Assembly: GCA_964016885.1 (NCBI GenBank)
Contig: OZ024748.1
Coordinates: forward strand, 59,706,001-59,770,000
DNA from: Eledone cirrhosa
Lineage: Eukaryota
Direction of reading: 5' to 3'
Length of the DNA: 64,000 bases
In this document: piece by piece, positions 53,871-64,000 of the stretch
Layout of the letters: each line of letters begins with the position of its first letter
How positions within the stretch are numbered: position 1 is the stretch's first letter
Made by a program: the position numbers and the translations under genes
Notes under the pieces: model-generated
The model's database searches: none
Told to the model about the DNA's origin: nothing
What the model saw: only the letters and a program-made list of their open reading frames with translations

Positions 53871-54593
53871 CCACTTCACCCCCCTCTCTCTCTCTCTCAC
53901 TTCACCTCTCTTTCTCTCTCACTTCACCTCTCTTTCTCTCTCTCTCTCACTTCACCTCTCTCTCTCACTTCACCTCTCTCTCTCTCTTCACCTCTCTCTC
54001 TCTCTCACTTCACCTCTCTCTCTCTCACTTCACCTCTCTCTCTCTCTCACTTCACCTCTCTCTCTCTCTCACTTCACTTCACCTCTCTCCTTTCACCTCA
54101 TCCTCTCTCTCCTTTCACCTCCCCCTCTCTCCTTTCACCTCCCCCTCTCTCCTTTCACCTCCCCCTCTCTCTCTCCTTTCACCTCTCCCTCTCTCTCCGT
54201 TCACCTCTCCCTCTCTCTCCTTTCACCTCTCCCCCTCTCTCACTACACCTCCCTCTCTCTCTCACTACACCTCTCCCTCACTACACCTCTCCCCCTCTCT
54301 CTCACTACACCTCTCCCCCTCTCTCTCACTACACCTCTCCCTCTCTCTCACTACACCTCTCTCTCTCACTTCACCCCTCTCACTCCCCTCTCTCAATCCA
54401 CTTTTCTTTCCCTCTCTCACTCACTCCACCTGGGTCATTCCACCTCTCTCTGTGTCCCCTCGCTTTCTCTTTCAATTCCTCTGACCCTCTTCTACCTCCC
54501 TCCCTCCCTACCTACCAACATCTATCTATCACTCTCTCACACACTCTCTCTCTCACACACACACTCTCTATCCGTCTCTCCCACACACACACA

Positions 54594-54625
<32 letters not shown>

Positions 54626-54703
54626 TATTCTCGCACACACACACTCTCTACCCGTCTCCCCCCCACATACACATATTTACTCTCTCACTCACATATTTAC
54701 TCT

Positions 54704-54735
<32 letters not shown>

Positions 54736-55189
54736 CTCTCTCACACACTCTCTTTTTCTCTCACACACTCCCTCTCTCTCAATCTCTTTCTCTCAGTCTC
54801 TTTCTCTCAGTCTCTTTCTCTCAATCTCTTTCTCTCAATCTCTATCTATCTATCTATCTATCTATTCTACCTGTTATGTTTTCAACATGTATCACCTTAT
54901 CACTCTCCCTATTCCCTTCTGCTATGTTTACCTGTCACTGTACCTGTACACACCTCCAATCAATGTTTCAATAGCTTATTCTTGTCTCACTACCACGTGA
55001 GAAAACGTCACTGATGACGGACACCAATCAAGAAATATTAACATTAAGCTCATCATCAGCTCCACCATCACACATATCACCCCACCTCCAACACCTGCAC
55101 CAACATTAATTACTATTACACCACCACCACCATCTCCATAACCTACATCAACATTAATTACTATTACAGCCAACACCCCCAGCACCACC

Positions 55190-56748
55190 ACCGAGACTAC
55201 CAGCACCAACACCACCACAGCCAAGACTACCAGCACCAACACCACCACCACCAAGACTACCAGCACCAACACCACCACCACCAAGACTACCAGCACCAAC
55301 ACCACCACAGCCAAGACTACCAGCACCAACACCACCACCACCAAGACTACCAGCACCAACACCACCACCACCAAGACTACCAGCACCAACACCACCACCA
55401 CCAAGACTACCAGCACCAACACCACCACAGCCAAGACTACCAGCACCAACACCACCACAGCCAAGACTACCAGCACCAACACCACCACCAGCAAGACTAC
55501 CAGCACCAACACCACCACCACCAAGACTACCAGCACCAACACCACCACCACCAAGACTACCAGCACCAACACCACCACAGCCAAGACTACCAGCACCAAC
55601 ACCACCACCACCAAGACTACCAGCACCAACACCACCACAGCCAAGACTACCAGCACCAACACCACCACCACCAAGACTACCAGCACCAACACCACCACAG
55701 CCAAGACTACCAGCACCAACACCACCACCACCAAGACTACCAGCACCAACACCACCACAGCCAATACCACCAGCACCACCACCAATACTACAGTACCAGC
55801 ACCACCACCAAGACTACAGTACCAACACCACCAACAACACCACCACCAAGACTACCAGCACCAACACCACCACAGCCAATACCACCAGCACCACCACCAA
55901 TACTACAGTACCAGCACCACCACCAAGACTACAGTACCAACACCACCAACAACACCACCACCAAGACTACCAGCACCAACACCACCACCACCAAGACTAC
56001 CAGCACCAACACCACCACAGCCAACACCACCAGCACCAGCACCAAGACTACAGTACCAGCACCACCACCAAGACTACAGTACCAACACCACCAACACCAC
56101 CACCACCAAGCCTACCAGCACCAACACCACCACCACCAAGACTACCAGCACCAACACCACCACCACCAAGACTACCGGCACCAACACCACCACCACCAAG
56201 ACTACCAGCACCAACACCACCACCACCAAGACTACCAGCACCAACACCACCACAGCCAACACCACCAGCACCAGCACCAAGACTACCACCACCAAGACTA
56301 CCAGCACCAACACCACCACAGCCAACACCACCACCACCAAGACTACCAGCACCAACACCACCACCACCAAGACTACCAGCACCAACACCACCACCACCAA
56401 GACTACCAGCACCAACACCACCACAGCCAACACCACCAGCACCAGCACCAAGACTACAGTACCAGCACCACCACCAATACTACAGTACCAGCACCAGCAC
56501 CAAGACTACCAGCACCAACACCACCACCAAGACTACCAGCACCAACACCACCACCACCAAGACTGCCAGCACCAACACCACCACCACCAAGCCTACCAGC
56601 ACCAACACCACCACAGCCAACACCAACACCAACACCACCACAGCCAACACCAACACCACCAGCACCAACACCACCACCACCAAGACTACCAGCACCAACA
56701 CCACCACAGCCAACACCACCAGCACCAGCACCAAGACTACCACCACCA
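55190..56748. repeat. 30-bp minisatellite derived from (ACC)n
   Basis: CAGCACCAACACCACCAC(CA/AG)CCAAGACTAC; near-perfect for ~19 units, then degenerate. Confidence 0.92.
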
Positions 56749-56823
56749 ATGCATGTATACGTACGTATATGTACGTATGTACGAATGCATATATATGTAT
56801 ATATATATATATATATAATGGGG

Positions 56824-56866
<43 letters not shown>

Positions 56867-57202
56867 AGTGTTGTGTACATAGGTGTATGTATGTTTGGCT
56901 GTGTGTTGTTGCATGCATGTGTTTGTATGTACATATATGTATATGTAGATAACACACAAGAAATGACGGAATCGTGCTAGGACATGCGTCAAATGCACAA
57001 ATCCCCAGAATATTCAACGTTCACTGATCAGTTAATAAGACGGTTTGTCACGTATGTATACACACATATACATACATAAACACATACATACACACAGCAT
57101 ATACACACACACACACGCGTATATATATATATACATATATATATATATACACACATACACACATATACATACACACATATACATACATATATATATATAT
57201 GC

Positions 57203-57241
<39 letters not shown>

Positions 57242-57947
57242 TATACAAACATACATATACACACACTTATACATATATATATATATATATATACATACAC
57301 ACATACATATATATATATATATACAAACACATATACACATGTACAAATATACATATACAAACACATGCAAATAAGCACACTCACACATACATATATATAC
57401 GTATGCTCACACACAGGCACATACACAGGCACATACACATATATATATATATATACGTACATCCATCCATCCATACACACAACCACATTCATTTATATAT
57501 ACATACATATGTCAGAAAAATAAGATTGTGTAGGACAGAACAAAGGAGAGACACAAAATAACAAATTAGGCGCTGAGGAGGTTACAGAATGTGTGACGAA
57601 AGAACTTTGACAGTAAATAAACTATCCGGTTATTAAATCAACCAACTGGAAATTTGTAATAAATTGAAGTGTCCTGATGATTTCTTACAGGGATGTATGG
57701 CAGAATTGAGCAGACATACAGGGATATGGGGTGGGGCATTGATGTCTCTATTATATAAAATATATCCATATTTATGATGATATCGTATGATTTGAAGGAG
57801 ATTTGGCTGCTATTTCATGCTTCCTCATAACGTTTGTAGGTGGCGTTGCTGTTGGTTTGTAGATGACATTGTCAACTACAGTAAAGTTACTGCTATAGCT
57901 ACGAGAGTCGGTTGAAAAGTTCATATGCTGACTAAGATACTCTAATG

Positions 57948-58232
57948 CAGTCAAGGGCAACCTGCGGCTCGCAAAGCTTTCTGAATGGCTCGCCTAAGTC
58001 ACCTAAGTGAAATCGTTCTGATTTTTTACCCAAAACCTTTGTCGTAATTTATCTTTCTGATATTTTTACGATCGAGGACAACAACGTGTACGAATTCTGA
58101 AGAAACAAATCAAAACAAACTGAGTTACCACCCCTTTAATGTGGGCATGAATGTAAGTTAGCGCTGGCGGCCCGCCTGAAGATGAATCATATCTCATGCT
58201 GCCCGCTTCTCGAAAAAGGTTGTCCATGCCTG
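57948..58232. mobile_element. hAT (Charlie-like) non-autonomous element nested in the mariner-like MITE
   Basis: TIRs CAGTCAAGGGCAACCT and AGGTTGTCCATGCCTG (13/16 match). Flanks CTCTAATG and CTCTAAGA. Confidence 0.6.
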
Positions 58233-58383
58233 CTCTAAGATACTCTAATGGAAGGTGACCAAATGAGGTTTATTTTTCAACATAGTCCACCTTTGCGGTC
58301 CACTTCTTCCATCGGTGTTGCAGTGTTTGTATCTCATTGGTGGAAAAACTTTCATCCTGTTGGTAAAAAAAAGTCATCAATAT

Positions 58384-58588
58384 TGGTTTCTTATATAGGC
58401 ACAAGGCCAGCAATTTTGGGGGAGGAGTAAGTCAATTAAATCGACCCCAGTGAGTGACTGGTACTTTATTTTATCGACCTTGTAAGGATAAAAGGCAAAG
58501 TTAACCTGGGCGGGATTTGAACTCAGATCATAAAGCGCCGTAACTCTTTGCTGCAAAGCATGCCGTCCAACCCTCTACCGATACTGCC
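58384..58588 (-). mobile_element. tRNA-derived SINE (dominant family, longer subfamily)
   Basis: Full-length family match. Confidence 0.85.
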
Positions 58589-59454
58589 TAACATTAGATA
58601 TGACTCTATCATCACTGCGATACTGGTTTCCAGCCAAGTATTTTAGTTAATATATCACTACGTGCTCTAGTAGGCATGGTAAAATTAGTTCCGTAGCTTT
58701 AGTGAAGTAGTAAGTGGTGTATTATTTTGTATAGCACTTCTGGTAAAGCAGGATAAGATCATACAGTAACAGTAAAAACCATCTTGGTTATGTCTAGATA
58801 TTTGGTCATGTTGTATGACTTTCTCTGGACATTGCTTTAAATGCCAAGTTAACCAATATTTGTTCTTTTTGGCCACTTATATATTGTCATTGCGATTCTC
58901 AAGAATTATTTCCTATGGTCCCTTATAGTTGGCTGGTGAAGTAGTAGAGTGGTTAGAGCGTTATATAGAACTTCTTTTCCCAGTTTCCTTCTGGCTCCAT
59001 GTTCTGTGCTTGCTCTGTATCGTGTTCGAATCCCACGGGTGGCAATTTTACCTTTTGTTCTTTCAATACTGATAAATAAAGTACTAGTCCAGTCCCATTC
59101 TCGGGTCGATTTTTCTCTCTAGAAGAAATCATTGTTATTAGATGGAGGAGGTATGAGCTACACAAGGTTTAAATACCTGGCGCGACGCTTCAGCGACTCC
59201 GTCGTGAGTTGTAGTCCCCCAATCAAGATATGTTGAATTATGTGTTCCCTCGTTAAGTCATATACACACTTCATGACGATTCCGTTAGGCACTGAATGAA
59301 GTCACCTAAGGGAAATATACATTACACCATACAACATATACAATATCCCTTCCATTAATATAACCCTTAGTTATATTAAAGGTGTAGGTCAGAATTGAGG
59401 AAGCTTTTCATGTTGAAAGGCCGTATTAAGTTATTTGTAATATAAGGCCGCATT

Positions 59455-60200
59455 CAACAAGACCAGCAATTTAAGGGGGATGGAGGAAAGTCGATTAAAT
59501 TGATCCTAGTGAGTTACTGGTATTTTATTTATCGACCCCAGAAAGATGAAACACAAAGTTGACCTCACCAGAATTTGAACCCAGTCTGTAAAATTCCAGA
59601 ACAAATGTCGTGAAGATGCAGCCACTCCAACACCATAATTTATACTATAATAATTGTTTCTACTTTAGGCACAAGGCCAGCAATTTTTAGGGAAGGGGAA
59701 TGTCGATTAAATCGACCCCAGTACGTTACTGGTACTTTATTTTATATCGACCCTGAAGGATGAAAGGCAAAGTTAACCTTGGCAGGATTTGAACTCAGAA
59801 CGTAAAGGACCATAACTATATGTCGCAAAGCATATTATCCGACACTCTACCGATTTTGCCAAACCACAGCCCTAAGGCCAACAATTAAATAGACCGACCC
59901 CAGTGCGTTACTGGTACTGTATTTTATCGCCCCCGTAAAGATGAAAAGCGGAATCTGAACTCGGTAGGTAGAATTCCGGAACAACCGCCAAGAAGCTGCC
60001 ATTCCAGCGCCATACTTTACACTATAATAATTGTTTCTACTTTTGCAATTATCCCAGTGCATTACTGGTACTTTATTTTATCGACCCCGTAAGGATGAAA
60101 GACAAAGTTAACCCCGGCGGGATTTGAACTCAGATCATAAAGGATCGTAATTCTAAGCTGCAAAGCATGTTGTCTGACCATCTACCGACACTGCCAATCC
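59455..60200 (-). mobile_element. Cluster of about 4 same-orientation SINE copies; further degenerate copies at ~63485-63722
   Basis: Family matches near 59455, 59652, 59870 and 60028. Confidence 0.8.
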
Positions 60201-60751
60201 AGCGCCATACTTTACACTATAATAATGCTATCAACTTTTACACAACAAACAATAGAGCAGCTAAGGCCACCTAAAAACAGTGTATTTTATAAATATTTCA
60301 TATATAAAAGGTGGGCGGGTGAGGGGGGGGAGGGGTAGACAGGAAGTTCCCTGACGTCTCATGATCAGCTTGGGTAACCATTTTACTGTAGAAACATTAA
60401 GTGGATTTGTACAGTTAAAGTGCGTATCGAAAAACAGGAACTGGTTGGACGCACAGACACACACACACACCAACACACACACACACACACACAAGCATTC
60501 GCACACACAGACACACGCGCAAACACACACAAGCATACATGTGTACGGACACACATACACACACACCAACACACACACACACATGCATTCACAGACACAC
60601 ACGCAAACACACAAGCATACGCGCATACAGACACACACATACACATCCACATACACCAACACGCACACACACATACTCACACACACAGACACTCACACAA
60701 GCGCACATATACATTCACACAACACACACACACACATACACAAACACACGC

Positions 60752-60849
<98 letters not shown>

Positions 60850-61080
60850 GCATATACCTATACAATCGCATAGATAACTACACACACCTACATATGCTTA
60901 TATATTCACGCACGCACACATGCACACACCCACAAACACACGCCTACTTATGCTTGTAGAATCATGTACACACAGACACACAGTAAAGTAGTGTTATACT
61001 GACAAACACAAAACCATTAATTCATATACTTACATACATGGAGACAAGCATACATTCATAAACATGACTAGGTGTTTACG

Positions 61081-61112
<32 letters not shown>

Positions 61113-61408
61113 TACACATAACTATATATATATATATATATAGTTATTGTTGCTACCTTTTCAGATACATTATAGAGATTTATCGCTACTAAACCAGGAA
61201 CAAATACTAATTTTAGCTCAGTTTTATTAAAACATTGTAACTTCATGTTTAATTTTCTGTTATTGTTATTTCTTATTTCTAATTACACATTGTTGTTGTT
61301 GTCGTTGCTGCTGTTGTTGTTGTTATAGTCTATTTACATATTGTTCTTTTTGCTTCTATATTTCTAATAAACTCCTATGAATGGAAAATATTTTTTTAAA
61401 ACCATATT

Positions 61409-61469
61409 TATTTTATTATACGTATTTCAAGGGTACTAATATTTTAGTACGCTTTCGTCAGATAAAATA
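61409..61469 (-). ncRNA. Minimal type-I hammerhead ribozyme motif (family A)
   Basis: Minus strand reads TATTTTAT CTGACGA AAG-C-GTACTAA-AATA-TTAGTAC-C-CTT GAAA TACGTA TA ATAAAATA. Confidence 0.82.
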
Positions 61470-62671
61470 TAATAATAGGTGTAAAGATAGTGACATACCT
61501 TCATGTGAACTTCATGTTATAAGATCAGTGAAGATAATGAATATAATTTTTCAAAACTCAGGGGGATATGCTAATGAGTTTAACGTTGAAAGTGAAAAGG
61601 TCCGTTATGTTTAGACGCTAGATAGATTTTAAATATTTATCCTAAAATATTACTAAAATACTAGTACCCTTGAAATACGTATAATAAAATAAATATGGTT
61701 TTATAAAGATATTTTCCATTTATTAATATTATTGATATTAATTATACTTCGGATAAGTTCAGCCAGACTACTGCTGTGCTAACAATACTGCGTTAGCTGT
61801 CGAAACGGCCGGAGCTCAGCCATTGGGGTCCTGAAATTCTTAACAATACTAATTACACAATCTTGTACGTTGTTACACTAATCACGAGTCAAACACAGCG
61901 CCACCTATGGTATAACAACAATAGATAATATAACGACACATGTAAAAATCTCATCGCCAAACTATTCATACAGTTTCTAGCCGTTGTCGATAGTTTATCA
62001 ATAAATCGAAGACATTGATCAAGTCTTCAGTAGTTTTTTTTTCTACATCAACGAGATACCACGGGATATGAAATAAAAATAACAAAACTAAAAAATTACC
62101 CAAAATATCAAAAAATAATAAAAATAATAAAAATAACAAAAATATGAAAACAACCACAATAACAACAACAAACATACAAAAAAGGAAGAATACTTTTAAT
62201 CCTAGAATATAATGTAGTTAAAACCGTTGTTAATGTTTACCCAGGCGCCATTTTTAGTGATGTTTGATGAGAATGTTAGTGATAAAGGAAAGTAAATAGC
62301 CATTGATGTTTTGGCGAGATTTTAGCTTCAAAATCTTCAACATCGTTTAACAAACCTTTATTAAGTTCTAATGAAAAATATTGATTTCGATGGCAAGATA
62401 TTATACCAATAATAGCAACTGTATTAATAACAAAAATATTAATAACAAAAATATTAATAGTTAAAAGAAAAAACCCACCACAAAATAAAACAGCTGCAAC
62501 AACAACAGCAACAACAGTAAATAACAACAGGAAAAATAGCAATAGCAATAACAGCATTACGGTATAATACCAGTTACACACACATACACACGCACACGCA
62601 CAGACGCGCACACACATATATATACATACATATATAGTTAAAGAAACAACACAGTCTTATTAGTATCATGG

Positions 62672-62728
<57 letters not shown>

Positions 62729-62864
62729 CATGATACTAATAAGACTATGTTGTTTCTTTAACTATATATGTGTATATATATATAAACGCACACACATTTA
62801 TATATACACAAACAAGAATACACACATATATGCATATATTTATATTTTATGTATGTATGTATAG

Positions 62865-62926
<62 letters not shown>

Positions 62927-64000
62927 AGACACAGGTATGTGTTTGTCTGTGTCTCTATGTGAAGAGTTAATAATTCAGGTGTCTGAACTGCAAAAACGAC
63001 GTCTATTTTAATAGAATATTCTGAGGTCCGCCATTGACAATGACATCATAGGTTACATGAAGAGTTTTGCCAGTAAATTGTGAAAGTATTTGAAAGTTCT
63101 ATAAATAATTCTCGTCTCATAAATCACATGACATACGAGATTGTGAGATCGAGATCGAGTTTAACTTAGGTTGTAAATCTAACTTTATGTCAGATTCTGC
63201 TCTGTGATTAGGACATGATGTGTAAACAGGAGAATAGATAATGAACACACACACACACACATATGTGAACACACACACATATGTGAACACACACACGTGT
63301 ACACACACACACGCACACATATATATATAGTTATTTCTATTCTGTATACACATATAACGCTATCACACACATACGTCCGTCCGTATGTATGTATTTATGT
63401 ATGTATTGATGTATGTATGTATGGAGTTTCCATGTGTCTATCCATTGCTGATAATATCAGCTGGTCGTAACTTTTGACAGAATGAGGCAAGATTTGAACT
63501 CAGACCGCAGAAAGACATGTTAGATAACGAAATAAAAGCCAGTACGACTCTTTAACAATCCTGTCAATCCTACCACTCTTGGCTATGTACTTAATTTATC
63601 GTCTCTGGAAGGATGAAAGGCAAGACAAAGTTGACCTCGGTGGGATTTGAACACACTGAGCGCAGAAAGCCGGATCAAATACCAAGATATTTAACCCAAC
63701 GTACTAACGACTATTGCCAATCCACCACCAGCATAGAAAACCCCACCAAAAACAAATGAAAAATGCAGAAAAGCTAAGTCAAATACAATTATTTAAACAT
63801 CGTATTTAAACATCCAAACAACCATTTCCTATAAAACATAGCCAGGATTTTATGAACGGTGGTCAGCGAGGCTAAATGATGGATTTTCATGAATTGCTGT
63901 TAATTTCCTATTTCAATGATGTTCCGTATTAAAGGCGCTCTGCAAGCTGTAAACCTAAATAATGCTGTGCTGCCATGCTGTGCTAAAAACTCTCAATCAT

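Overview
Repeat-dense, AT-rich eukaryotic (animal) DNA, intronic or intergenic. The SINE family and very large (TA)n/(TATG)n/(CA)n/(ACC)n tracts suggest a cephalopod such as Octopus; this is inference only. Almost all ORFs in the supplied track are microsatellite artefacts, and no host gene can be called with confidence. Supported content: (1) an intact 1181-aa RTE-clade LINE (APE endonuclease, RT, three C-terminal C2H2 fingers), plus two ~330-350 bp non-autonomous copies that fuse its 5'UTR to its 3' tail; (2) two 5'-truncated R4/Dong-like retrotransposons with a restriction-like endonuclease, inserted in (TA)n; (3) about 25 tRNA-derived SINE copies, mostly on one strand; (4) Tc1/mariner and hAT MITEs, old RTE relics and minisatellites. 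The most notable unannotated signal is about 10 minimal type-I hammerhead-ribozyme-like motifs from several families. They show helix covariation, palindromic helix III and a U3-A8 core variant. They sit in short, often inverted-repeat elements next to (TA)n, as expected for Penelope-like pseudo-LTRs or retrozyme-like elements. All structures were read by eye, and coordinates of degenerate repeats are approximate.
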